Shown in pieces: positions 16,045-35,048 of a stretch of 64,000 nt of DNA. Every line of letters begins with the position of its first letter. Positions within the stretch are counted from its first letter, which is position 1. The stretch lies in the NCBI RefSeq assembly GCF_009914755.1, contig NC_060926.1, one strand, 5' to 3'. The notes beneath the pieces were generated by a model, which was given only the letters and a program-made list of their open reading frames with translations, made no database searches and was not told the DNA's origin. The position numbers and the translations under genes were made by a program. Source of the DNA: the human T2T-CHM13v2.0 reference genome, Homo sapiens.

Positions 16045-16309
16045 CAGGTTTTTGTCCTCTCTTATGGAGCAATTAGTTTTCTTCCTGATATCCTTTCTCC
16101 AATTTTAGCTCTCTCCCTAGTCCATTCTGTATGTTCCTTCTAGAATGGCCTTTCCCAAATACAAAGTTACTAATTTCACTTATCGAATTCAAACCTGCCC
16201 CAGGCTCTTACTGGCTATGAGATAAAATCCAAACTCATTGTGATGACTTCCAAGGCCCTCCTTGGTCTGGGTTCTGCCTATCTCTCCAACCTCATCTCTA
16301 AGAAGCAGT

Positions 16310-16550
16310 AGTGCTGCAGAATTCAGAGAATGGGCTCTGGAGCAAGATTGCCAGGATCCATTCCTAGCATGGCTCGTACAGGCTGTGTAATCCCAGGAGA
16401 GTTAATTAATATCCGTGTGCCTCAAGTTCTTTATTTGCCAAGTAGGGATAATAATCATACCTTCTATGTTAGAGTTGTGCTAAGAGTTGAATGCATTCAT
16501 ACATGTAGAATGTTTAGAATAATTCTTGAAGCAATCAATATTAGGGATTC
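16310..16550. mobile_element. MIR
   Basis: gggctctggagcaagattgcc...gtgcctcaagtt...ataataatcatacct. Confidence 0.65.
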
Positions 16551-17595
16551 TTAAAATTAGCTCTTGCAGATCCCTTGGGCAACCTTCCCTTTGGTCACAT
16601 AAAATGACTCGTAGTTCTCTGAATAAGTTCTACTGTTTCACTCCTCTGTCTTTGTACGTACTTCTGCCTAGAATTTTCTTCTTTTCCTCATCTCTCTGGT
16701 GAATTCCTCCTCATCTGTAAAGATAAGCTCTTCTATGAAGGCTTTCTTGATTATAGTACCCAAGTATTATTTATCCTCCTGCCAGAGCTGCACTTAATAC
16801 AATTGCAATTATCAAAACCTATTGCAATTAAGTGATGATGCATGTCTATCTTCTTTAATTGTCTAATCACTTCTTGAAAACAGAGGACTAGGTTTTACTT
16901 ATTTCTGAAATCCCAGTGCCTAGCACAGTTTTGGCTCAGAGTGTTCATTCAATACATGTTTGTAGAGTGAATAATTCTAAACCAGGATGATTCTAGCTCT
17001 GAAAGGAACTGAGAGGATACAGGGACAATGAGCACACAGCATGATGCATGTAGGCTCAACAAACATTTTTGTTTTTACCCATCTTCTGCTAATACAATCT
17101 TAGGAACTGGAGAAATGGGCATAATTTTTGTGTCAAGGCCATTACATATATGTATTTATAATACATTTTTGTATAATACATGAGGAGCCTTATGGTTCCT
17201 ACATATTATTAAAAGCATATTTTTCTCTGCTTTCGAAAGCTAACTTCCCATGTTTTGTATTTTAAGTGCATACCTAGTTCAGTGAGTGGAGGAGATAATA
17301 AATTGGAAGAATACAATACTGAAGGGAAAGAACACAGATTTTTAAAAAGAAAATATGTTAGAGTATTGTGGAGCCCAGTTTGGAACTAGAGAAGGGCTGC
17401 TGCTATGTACAGAAGACCGCATAGGAACCTCTCGTGTTTTATTATTAAATATTGTTATAACCAGCACATTTGTTTGTCCTCTTCTCACAGACATCAATAT
17501 AATTATCATTTTTTAATCTTTAAAGGGAGGAGATGGTTATAAAGAACTATTAAAGAAAATAGATCATAAATTTCTTAGCATTAGAAAGGTTTTAA

Positions 17596-18029
<434 letters not shown>

Positions 18030-18064
18030 TCAGAGACCTTTCCCCTAACTTCACTCTCTCTCAT

Positions 18065-18222
18065 TGTTTTTCAAAGTGTGGTCCTTGGATCAGCTCCATC
18101 AGAATCACCATGGTGTTTGTTAAAATGCAGACCCCTGGCTTTACCCCAAACCCTGAATAAAAAATCTATAGAGACACCGCCCAAGAATTTGCATTTTAAG
18201 TAAGTTCTCTGGATGATTCATA
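18065..18222. mobile_element. MER5-family MITE
   Basis: tttcaaagtgtggtccttgga...gttaaaatgcaga...ttgcattttaagtaagttctctggatgattc. Confidence 0.65.
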
Positions 18223-20255
18223 CAAAATAATAGCCTTTGTTAAATTAGATGAAAACAGTCCAGCTATTCCTGATTTCCTTTACTCCTTTCCCCTTATCAA
18301 AACTACTTCAGCTGTTAGAAGCACTATTGTAAAACTTCTAAAAATTCTGCCATGATTTCTGGTTAAATTTATATCAACAAGAGGTCAAACATGTTTTCTC
18401 ACTTCCTCTCGCTGTCTGGTCCTTTGTCCTTTCTTTTTTTGCCCTTCTGGGCATATGTCTAGCAATTTTTCTCCCTGGTGATTTATCTTCGGACTAAATG
18501 CCCACCTGCTGTTACTGGTATTTGTGTCCTGGGATGGCTCCTGAGGGCAGCATCATGCTTATTGACAAAGCCCAGCACAGAGCTGTCTTTAGTATTAGAG
18601 GCTATGTGGGGAGTATGAATGGACTCACATGGGCTTAGTAATATTGAATCAGAGGAAGGAGAGCTGTAGCACCGCTGCTCCAGTCACAAGAAAGAAAGGA
18701 GAAAAGATGGGAATTTTAGGAGGACAATAGGGCCAACCATAGAGGTAAGGACACATTATCTTGGGGAGAATACGTAAGCCTTAGTGGCTGGCTCTAGAAT
18801 TTCTAAACTCTAGGGACTGAGGAATGGCTATCTGGTGGGAAGTAGGAGGTAGGAGATTTATCATAAAATGCTTTCACAAGAAGAATGCTCTTTTTACTTA
18901 GATTTTATGTTAATTTCAGTTAGTTTTGGAGATGCTAGAGATTAGGGACTTGTCTTAAAGCAGTGATAGCATAGCAAACTTAAGGTTGTATATGCTCATT
19001 TGAGAAGGTTTATGGTGAGGACTGGTGAGGATTATATTGAGGATGGTTTAAAGTCTTCCTTCCCCTCAAACCACTCCTTGGTGCTATTATTAACTATATC
19101 CATAAATGTTTTCTTGATGATAAGAATAAAGTCATGTGGTTGCAAAAGAGTTACATAGAAGGTTGCTGATAGAATACTGAGCAAGAAGAGAGGGAAGGGT
19201 GAAGAAAAGGCCACTGGAGGATATGGGTGCCAGACCTACTGCGAGAAAAGGAAAAGAAGAGACAGTAATACTTATTTACCCTTGGTGTTGTCGCATTGCT
19301 TAGCAACTTCCTTCATTCTCATGGTTCTGAAAGCCAAATGGTATTTCTGCTGTTCCTTACAGATGAGGAGAAAGGTCTCAAAAGGGATAAATTTTGCCAG
19401 CGATACTCTGTTACAGGAAGGTTACTTCCAAAGATTCATATACTTGGAATGGAACCCCAAAGTCCAGGGTCATTCCACCGTACCAACCTGAAGCATCTGT
19501 CTAACTTGGAGATTGATAGGAAAAGAAAAGAAGAGAAAATTTCAGAAAGAGATTGGCAAAGTATCTTAGAGGGACATCTAGTTTTGTAGTCTGGAGGACT
19601 CATGGGGGCATAATAAAACTTCTAAATCTTAGTAAATGTGCCATAGGGACACTGGGATTATCTTTTGAGGCATGCTCTTTTACAGTTGAAGATAAGTGAA
19701 ATGCCAAGGCAGCCAGCATTTATAGCAGAAAAGTGTTAAAAGTTAGTCAGTAAAACAGAGATGTAGCTTCCATCCAGTGTATGTGGTAGCGATAGCATTA
19801 AGACTCATTTTAAGCTCAGGAGCATAGTTGTCGAGGTAGCCTAAGTCTCCTTTAAGGGAAGTGGCTACTTTTAAGCTACGTTTGCAATTAGTTAATCTTT
19901 GTGGAATGTTGACCATGTGACTAGGGAAAATTCTTACAAATGAAGGTATCAGTTGTATCAGCCTTTGGTGACATCAACATACCTGCAAAATTTTAATTTT
20001 TGAGGAGGCTTTAATACAATTGTAGAATAAATATTAAGGAACATTTTAAAATAGTTTTTTTAAACAGTTGAAAGACATACCTGATCAACTTGATGCCAAT
20101 TGCAAAGAAAAAATTCCCATTTTAAAACTATTAAAAGTTGCTTTGCAACAGCTCCGTAACCAAGACTTGTATCAAAAGAAAATAATTGATGCTGATAATA
20201 AGGTGCACACAGAACAAGATACGACTTCTGAGTTTCCTTGCATGCAAATACTTAC

Positions 20256-20336
20256 AGTGTTTTGTTATTCACTTTCCTTACTGTGCTTTCACATTGTTTG
20301 GAAAAGTTTTCAGAAATGGAATGTGAAAAATTCTGT
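20256..20336 (-). CDS. LHCGR: LHCGR exon 10 (81 bp, hinge)
   Basis: ctctttcag|A CAG AAT ... ACA CT|gtaagt; [26 protein letters not shown](L); Asn at 291 and 312. Confidence 0.98.
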
Positions 20337-20980
20337 CTGAAAGAGAAGAGGTTAAAAAAAGCATTTGAGCTTTTGGACTTCAGGCTAAACCTGACTGTGC
20401 GTCTATTTATGCTTTGTTCATGCAAATTCTTTACCTATTACACCAGCATCTCGTTCTGCACCATTGTCCTAACTGAAATGCTTCCTGAGGAGAGAGTAAA
20501 GGCTTCTGAATTGTCATTAGAGTGCTTCCAGCTTAGATAAAATGCTTCTGAATACTAAGCATTTTGTGTGGGCACTAGAGATGAAAAAACTTAAATTTGT
20601 CATATTGAATCAAGGATTTTCCAATGATTACTAAAAGCTACTTTTATGATATATTAAGGTTTGCTCCTTACCACTCTCCTTTCCACATTGGCCTTAACAA
20701 ATAGTCATTCTGTGTTCATGGTTTTGAATTGTAACTGGGCATCTTTTTTGTAAGGATTTGAAGATGCTGGACCTGACATTATGATGTGAATTTCAGGTTA
20801 TTTTTTCTTATGTGCAGAAACATACGTGGGTGCTCCCTACTCCTCCATCTTTCCCTCTAAGAAGTTTAGCCTGTGGAAAGAAGAGAAATACCAATAAAAT
20901 AAAATGAGGCCTGTTCTCACCTGGGGGAGCACTTACCTAGAGATGAAATTTAAGGGAGATACAAATGAATAAAGAAATAG

Positions 20981-22057
20981 GGTATAAGCATTCCCTTTTC
21001 TTCCACAGCCTTGCCAGCATCTGTTGTTTTTCTCATTGTGGTTTTGATTTGCATTTCTCTGATGATTAGTGATGATGAGCATTTTTTCTTTAGAAGACAT
21101 ACAAGCAGCCAATAAGCATATGAAAAAATGCTGTTCTATTCATGCCCTTTGCCCATTTTTTAATGGGATTATTTATTTTTTTGCTTGTTGATGCATTTAA
21201 TTTCATTATAGATTCTGGATATTAGACCTTTGTCAAATGCATAGTTTGTGAATATTGTTTCCCATCCTGTAGGTTGTCTGTTTACTCTGTTGATAGTTTC
21301 TTTTGCCGTGTGGAAGCTCTGTAGTCTAATTAGGTCCCACTCATCAATTTATGTTTTTGTTGCAATTGCTTTTGAGGACTTAGCTAAAAATTCTTTGCCA
21401 AGGCTGATGTCAAGAAGGGTATTTCCTAGGTTTTCATTTAGGACTTTTACAGTTTGAGAAAAGGGAATTCTCATACACTGTTGGTGGGAGTGTAAATTAG
21501 TTCATCCACTGTGGAAATCAGTTTGGAGATTTCTAAAAGAACTTAAAACAGAGCTACTATTCAACTCAGCAATCTCATTACTCGGTATATACCCAATGAA
21601 ATAGATCATTACACCAAAAAGACATGTGCACTTATATGGTCATTGCTATGCTATTCACAAAAACAAAGACATAGAATCAACCTGGGTGCCTGGATTGGAT
21701 AAAGAAAATGTGGTACATATATACAATGTAATTCTATGCAGCCATAAAAAATCATGTCTTTTGCAGTAACATGGATGGAGCTGGAAGCCATAATCTTAAG
21801 TAAATTTATTCAAGATTAAAAAACCAAATACTGCATCTTCTCACTTAAAAGAGGGAGCTAAACACTGGGAACATATGAACATAACTGGGAACATATGAAC
21901 AGGCACTGCAGAATACTAGAGGGGTCAGGGAAGGAGGGAGGCATGGGTTGAAAACTACCTATCGAGTATTATGCTCACTTCCTGGATGCAATATACTCAT
22001 GTAACAAACTGGTACATGTACCCCCTGTATCTAAAATAAAAGTTGAATCAAAAAAAT
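20981..22057 (+). mobile_element. 5'-truncated, 5'-inverted L1 (L1PB/MA-like; twin-priming structure)
   Basis: 20981-21457 antisense L1, 21456-22057 sense L1 3' end with aataaaag; flanks aaagaaatag / aaaaaaatag resemble a TSD. Confidence 0.85.
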
Positions 22058-23777
22058 AGTGGTTGTCCACAGAGGAGGTCTACAGAAAAAAAAAAACAGT
22101 GGTTTCTTCATAATTACAAATGCCCCTGATTGTCTCTTATTTCTTCTCTCCTCATATTCAGTGCCCTGATGGCATTCTCATGACAGTCCATCTTTGTTTT
22201 CATAGAGAATGAAATTTGCATCTTCTCTGATGAGACAATGCATTGTTTCTACACAGTTCATGCATATTCTATGAAAGAAGTATCATGCTGTTGACACATT
22301 ATTACAAGGTTTATCAACTGCATTCATTAAGAATTTGGACATTATGGAAAAGGACAGGCTCAGAAGGGACTACTTCCAAAAGGTTGCTTGGTGAAGTCAG
22401 ATCAAGTTTCCCTGAGGGCAGTAGGGTGCAAGGCCGCAACCAGAAAAGATATGTGACATTTGCCTATTTTCCTTTTCATAAGTTTCAAATAGACTTATAT
22501 TGTAATAGCAATTTGTAAAACATCAGAAAATTGAATTGTAACACACAGAAAGCAGGTAAAACATGAATGTATAGCTCAATGATTTCTCACAGAATGATCA
22601 CCTACGTACCCATTAGTCAGGTCAATAAATGAAAATAAGCCACACCTCCTCCCTGCCCCCGCCAAGAAAAAAGAAAAATGGGAAAAGAGAGCAGGCTGTG
22701 AGGGCCTCAACTTTTACTGATGAGGAAGGATAAATGAGGCAATTCAAATTGGACATTTCTATGTATTATTCTTCTACAATACTTATGAGACAATTCCTTG
22801 CAGGAATACTTTGTCTCTTTCACCTACTGGAATAAAAATCCCTGAACTAAAATTTTCACATGCCAGTGATTTCAGAAGGGGTGTGATTTCTTTGCCAAAA
22901 AATGTGGGTATCCAGAATCAGCTCTATCATAAACCAGTATCTCTGTCATTTTCCTAATTGTTCTCTCACCAGCTTTGCTCACCTCCAAACCATCCTCTAC
23001 CTTGCTGCAAAGTGGTATTTTATAAAAGCAAATTTGAGTCATCTTGCTTAAAAGTCTTCATGGCTCCCCATCCTCTAAACAACCGGGCCTGGCACTCAGA
23101 CCATCATGGCCCACATCTCCTTGGCTTCCTCTTCTGACTCATCTTCTTCCATGTGTCCATGTTTCAATTTTTCTGAGTGAGTTTCATCTACTGTCTCTTG
23201 CCTTTGTGTCTTCACATGAGCTATTCTATCTTCTTTGCTTTTTCTCACTCTGTCTAGACAACTCCTGCCTGTTCTTCAAGACTCAGCATAAATCACTTCC
23301 CTCAGGAAGCCTTCCATAATCCCTGCTGCCATTAACAAACTCTTGTTCAGTGCTCCCAGAACACTCTGTTCTGTTCTCAGATCTGTCATAACATTTGCCG
23401 TGTTGGACTTAAATATTGGCTCTCTTGTGTGTTGCTCCCATACAGCTGTCTGTGACTTATCTTTGTAACCTCAGGCTTTCACACAGTATTTGAAACATAG
23501 TAAGTGCTCAGTTAATGTTTTGGAAGATCAGTTAATGGCACATGACTCTGTGAATACAGCAAGTGTTTTGTCTTCTCAGCTACCCAAAAAGCCTCAGGTG
23601 GAGCTGAACCTCCTATATGCAAGGTACAAATAATGCATACTGGTTGATTAATTATAAATAATTCATTTTGGTTGATTCCAAACAAAGACAGCAGCATCTG
23701 GTGTCACTCTCTCAGTGCCTTATCTAAGTAATTGAATGGATCCTATCTCCTTAGGCTGCAATAATAACCCTTTAGGG

Positions 23778-24030
23778 CAGTGTTGTTCCAACTGTGAGTT
23801 GTGTGACCCATTGGTGGGTCATGAAAGCAATAGAGTGCATCAAGACTGGCATTAAAAATAAAAAAAGCATAAAATAAAATAGAGTAAAATAAGAAAATAT
23901 CAGCATATTACATATTAAAAAGTTAAGTATCACTCAGCTTTATTTCTGTTACATATGTGACATGTACTGGGTTGCAATACCAAAGTATTTGTTACTGTGC
24001 ATCTCAGTCAAAAAAGTCTGGAAAACAGTG
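23778..24030. mobile_element. hAT-Charlie-type MITE (MER112-like)
   Basis: Imperfect terminal inverted repeats cagtgttgttccaact...agtctggaaaacagtg; internal gacccattggtgggtc palindrome. Confidence 0.55.
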
Positions 24031-24645
24031 CTCTGAGGAAAGAACGAAATTCTGCCACCGTGTCCCCCACCCTGGACTGAACGGAATCAGATACCCACTA
24101 CTGGATGCAAACCATGCAGGAGCTCCTTCCCTTCCTGTTCCCATGCTAAGCTTATCTTTAGCTGTAATTCTGTTCTGAAATAGAAGATGCTCGTCTACTA
24201 GGAGAGAAATAGTTTTGAAAACTTTCTGTAATATTTTGTGTCCATTTTTAAATCAAAGATTTAAACATTAGGTAAATTTTGCCCTCCTGAGGCTTCTTCC
24301 TTCACTTAAAAAAATGATGCTCTCTGATAAGGATTAGAACAAATCCTTTGAGATGCCAGTTTTGTACTCCATTCTGCAAATGCTAAAATGGCCTCTAATT
24401 CAGTTTACCCAGAATTGGCTACAAAGGTCTTCTAGCTGCAGGGTGAATCAACTATTTGGTAGCAGTTTCCACAAGGAAACAGAACAGTTTGTTTTCTTCT
24501 TGTCTATTTGAAAGTGACCCCATGTCTACGGAGCTGGCCAAGAAGGTAGGGAGTGAAGGGGAGTGGAGCTGTCTACTCATTGAGTATTTTGAAATCTGAA
24601 TTTCTGCCACAGCTTGGGTAGGCTTTACCTTTTGGTTTTTACTTA

Positions 24646-24867
<222 letters not shown>

Positions 24868-24879
24868 TTATTTTATACA

Positions 24880-25154
24880 TTTTTTTTTTTGAGACGGAGT
24901 CTTGCTCCGTCGCCCAGGCTGGAGTGCAGTGGCACGACCTCGGCTCACTGCAAGCTCCGCCTCCTGGGTTCACGCCATTCTCCTGCCTCAGCCTCCCGAG
25001 TCGCTGGGACTACAGGCGCCCGCTACCACGCCCGGCTAAGAGACCGGGGTTTCACCGTGTTAGCCAGGATGGTCTCGATCTTCTGACCTCGTGATCCGCC
25101 CACCTCGGCCCCTCAAAGTGCTGGGATTACAGGCATGAGCCACTGCGCCCGGCC
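24880..25154 (-). mobile_element. AluY lacking its central A-rich linker, ~48 bp upstream of the exon 9 acceptor
   Basis: Y-type positions (gcaagctccgcc, cacgccattctcc, ttagccaggatggtctcgatc), CpG-rich; TSD tattttatacattt at 24869 and 25156. Confidence 0.95.
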
Positions 25155-25680
25155 ATATTTTATACATTTTATTCAGAGAATGAAACCTCCCCTCAACAAT
25201 ATTATCATTATAGGCTCTGAGGAATCTTTTCTCCATCTTGCTTTCCCCTTAATTCTCCATTTCAATTACTCTCACTAAGATCTGAATTCAGAAAAGCGAG
25301 TCTGTATTTTTTCTCATGTGCGCCTCATTATTCTTTTCAAGGTTAAGTATAACTCCTTGCACCTACCATACATTTATTAGCATTTCTCTCTCTCTCCCCT
25401 CTTCCAACTCCTTTTCCCTACCCTCTCTCTTCCTCCCCACCCTCTCTCTTCCTCCACTTCTCTCTACTTAGCAGAAGTGAAATAACCACTTGCTTTATGC
25501 GACAGCCAGCACATGCAGTTACATCAGCTTTTGTGCTCTACCCCAGGGGAAATTATTCAGGGCTTCAGATGCCTCAGTCTTTGATTGATTAAGCCCTGCA
25601 GGAGAGGTTTTCATGAAGCACAGCCTGGTTACTTATTAAGAGCTTCTGTGTGGCATTAGCCATCATCTACCTAGGAAGCA

Positions 25681-25746
25681 GAATGCATGTTCTCTAATGC
25701 ATGTTCTCTAATGCATTCTCTAATGCAGAATGCATGTTCTCTAATG
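25681..25746. repeat. Short tandem repeat, 14-bp unit GCATGTTCTCTAAT
   Basis: About 4 copies visible, one shortened. Confidence 0.85.
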
Positions 25747-26799
25747 ATTCATCTGTTCAAAGCAAGCGAACACTCAGCCTTGCAAGCTGAACTGTGTGAA
25801 AAGCTCAGGCTTTGTCAACAAGGTCCTGAACTCTTTGGTTTTACTAGACTTGAGGCAATGCCCAAGAAAATTCCAAACACATTAAGTGTTAGGAGAAAAG
25901 AGTCAATGGGAATTAAACAATTCTGCTTATCTTCTAAGTGGCTGCTGCTGGTGCCTCACAAAACTTTTCCAAGCAGCACAGCTCCCCTCAGCAATCATTC
26001 CCAAGACTTGGTGTTCAGCACATGGGAGGGGACCAATAGGTGATAGATGGAAGATGAACTTGACAACATGGAATGATGATGGTGTAGGCCCTCAGTGGAA
26101 AAATTAAGGCAGCAAAATTTGTCTCAGGGGCTTCAGACTTTCCTGCTTTTGTGTCCCTGTTGATTTAGGTAACCAGGGTTCTCATTCTGCTTTATAGGGT
26201 TTTTATCTCAGACATGTTAGGGATTGAGCTCTTTGAAGATCTGGTGGCTTTTTTGTTTGTCTTTTGAGTGGGTACATTTAAAATTAGGTTCTTAGAAACA
26301 GTAAGGCCTCGTTACAAGGCAGTGAACCTCTGATAGTGGGTTTTCAGTCTTAGTAACAGACTAGTGGGAGAAATGCTTTTTGAGTAAGGGTGGAGTGGAT
26401 GCTTTTAGATACGATTCAAGTCCTAGGGGTATAATGAGAACAACCCCTTGGGAAGGAAGAGACCTAGGTCTGGTGCTAGTGTTTTGGACATGAGAGTGTA
26501 GGGGTCTGTAGTGCCCACAGTCACTTCTAAGGAGCTAACCAAGCAGCTCTTCAAGCAAATACTGTCATGCAGGAGTCTTGGGAACACAGTGGGTTGGTTG
26601 TGTTTTGCACCTGAGCCAGAGGCAGCTCTCTTTGTTTGCCTAGTGACCAAGTAGATGGCCAGCTTGCTGTAACAGCTCTGCCTACAGGATGTGCTAAACT
26701 GGAGAGTATTCAGCCAACTTACAAGATTCGGAGTCTGGTATGCTTTGCATATGAGACATGCAGAAAAAGACCCCTAGGATAAGGTTGCCAGAAGTTGAG

Positions 26800-27250
26800 A
26801 GCAGAGAAAGCAGTGGGCAGGAGCCACAAGGTAGTGGAAGTCATAAGTAAACAGAAGTTATGGGGTTGAGTGGATATTAGAGGGAGTTAGGATTGACAAC
26901 GACAGAAGTTAGGAAGCAGAAAGATCTAGGAATTTTAGTGGTGGGAGTTAGGAAGTAGAGTCAGAAGTCGATAGTGGCAGGACTTACGAAGTAGACAGAG
27001 TGAGAACTGGACAGTGGCAGGAGCTAGGAAATAGGTGAAGTCAGGAGTTGACAGTGGGAGCTAGGAACTAGCACAGTCAGGGCTCAACAGTGGCAGGAAT
27101 GGGAAGTAGAGAGTCAAAAGTGGATAGCAGGAAGGAGTTAGGAAATAGAGAGTGAGGGGCTGAGGGGCAGGAGCTAGGAAGTAGACAGACTTTGGGTTTT
27201 ATAATGGTGGAAACAGAAATTAGACAGAGCCATGAGTTGATCTTGGCGGG
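26800..27250. repeat. Degenerate purine-rich minisatellite, ~38-bp period
   Basis: aggaaRtag-like core recurs at ~26911, 26950, 26986, 27026, 27063, 27101, 27140, 27176, 27215. Confidence 0.8.
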
Positions 27251-27279
27251 ATCTACAGTACGAAGAATAACAAGGACAG

Positions 27280-27860
27280 CTCATTTCCTTCCCTTGCTCA
27301 AAACCCCAAAGCCTCCCCATCTCATTAAAAAAAGACAAAGTCTATATAAGTGACCACAGGCCCCGCCATGATCCAGCTCTCTGCCACGTCTCTGTCCTTA
27401 TATTCTGTGATTCCCTTCTTTGCTGCCTCTGCCATATTGGCCTCCTTGCTGTTCTTCAAATACACAAGGCAAGATTCTGTCTCAGGCCTTTGCTTTTGCT
27501 GTTCCCCCTCCTGGAACACTTTTCCTGCAGATAATCACGTAACTTGCTCTCTTAGTTCCTTTAGGTGTTCGTTCAAACGACACTTTTTCAGGATAGTCTT
27601 CCCTCACCATCCCCTTTAAAATAGTAATTCCCCCTCTCCAGAACTCCTTTCCCCCCAACCAAATGAGTTTTCTCCTCTACAACCAATAGCATTTGGACAA
27701 CTACATATTTTATTTACTTATTCAATCCTTGTCTGTCTTCCCCATCCTATGAAGGCAGAAGTGTTTGTCTCTTCTTATTCTCTGCCATTTCCCTGATGCC
27801 TAATCCAGTGACTACCACATAGTATGGGTTCATAAGAGTTAGTGAATAAACGGATGAATA
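27280..27860. mobile_element. L2 fragment
   Basis: ggcctccttgctgttcttcaaatacacaag...ctcaggcctttgc...tgaataaa. Confidence 0.7.
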
Positions 27861-28294
27861 AACAAACAAATGAACTGGGTTACCCTGCTCACCATTTTTC
27901 TAGAACTTTTCTCATTGTAAAATGACATGCCTGTTTATTGCTTTGCGTTTGTTGTTGTCTCCCTTATGTGACTGTCATCTCACTAAGGGCAAGGACCAGG
28001 GCTATTTTACTTACTACTGTCTGTTCACCACGGTGCCTGGTACACAGGATAGGTTCAATCAATGTTTGTTGAATAAATAACATCTGCTAGAGTAGGGTAT
28101 CGTGGACTGCCACCTCTATGATGGGATAACTGGTCGCCGTGTGTGAGAGCAGCACAGTATCTGGAACTCTGTTGCATTTCTCCCTGAAGCCTGACTGCAG
28201 CTTCAGCTCTCTGCAGGATGTTGGATGTTTCATGTTGGATGTTTCAGGCTTTGTCAGATTCAATGTTCTATTCCTCCTAACTTTCTCATGTATC

Positions 28295-34192
<5,898 letters not shown>

Positions 34193-34396
34193 AATTTCCC
34201 ATGTATCCTTTAAAACCCCTTTAACTGAGAGAGCCTGGCCCTAATCCTTGCACCCTCAGAGAGTCTGACAGCAGCTCAGCCCCGTCCAACCAAGTGCCAG
34301 GGGCATGCCAGATCTTTGGCCTTAGATTCCCATGAGTGGATTCCAGGTGGGTAGCCAGCCTCTTTGCCAGCACATGAGGCCACCCCTCATATTTGG

Positions 34397-34832
34397 TGTT
34401 AGGGGTTGAATTGTATCCTCCAGCTAAAATTCATATCTTGACGTTCCCAGTACCTCAGACCTTATTTAGAGATAGGGTCTTTACAGAGGTAATGAAGTTA
34501 AAATGAGTTTATTAGGGTGGGCTCTAATCCAATATGACTGCTATTCTTATTAAAAGGGGCAATTTGGAGATACCCACCCACACACACACACACACACATG
34601 CACACACATACACAATGTACCATGTGAAGACTGGAATTATGCTGCCACAACCAGAAAGAACTAGCACAAGCTAGGAGAGGCCTGGAATAGATGCTTTCTT
34701 CACAGCCCTCAGAGGGAGCCAACCCCTGCTGACACCTTGATTTTGGACATCTAGCTTCCAGAACCATAAGACAAAATTTCTGTTGTCTAAGCCTCTCGGT
34801 TTGGGGTACTTTATTATGGCAGCTGTGATACA
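34397..34832 (+). mobile_element. MLT1-type MaLR solo LTR with internal (CA)n
   Basis: tgttaggggttgaattgtatcc...gggctctaatccaatatgactg...gacaccttgattttggac...ttatggcagc. Confidence 0.85.
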
Positions 34833-34973
34833 CTTTGTCTTTCCAACAGCAGCCTTTTCAGGTGTAGAGGCTGATGTCTCACATATCAGCTTGGGGATGA
34901 TGTGGAGGGACACCCTAAGCAGTCCTGTTGGGGTACACTGGGCAGGGAGGGGAGGCAGCACCATTCTACTCAC

Positions 34974-35048
34974 AAGGTTTTCGGCCCTGTGGCCCCACGG
35001 AAGGCTCCATTGTGCATCTTCTCCAGATGTACGTTTTCCTTTAGCTCC
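34974..35048 (-). CDS. LHCGR: LHCGR exon 8 (75 bp, LRR)
   Basis: ccccacag|G GAG CTA ... ACC TT|gtgagt; [24 protein letters not shown](L). Confidence 0.98.

Noticed and set aside
20330-20338. Tandem acceptor cag|ACAG at exon 10
   Set aside because: The distal AG would shift the frame by 4 nt; nothing in the sequence indicates it is used
26800-27250. Periodic repeat as a CRISPR-like array
   Set aside because: Head-to-tail degenerate units without unique spacers, in a primate intron with no cas genes
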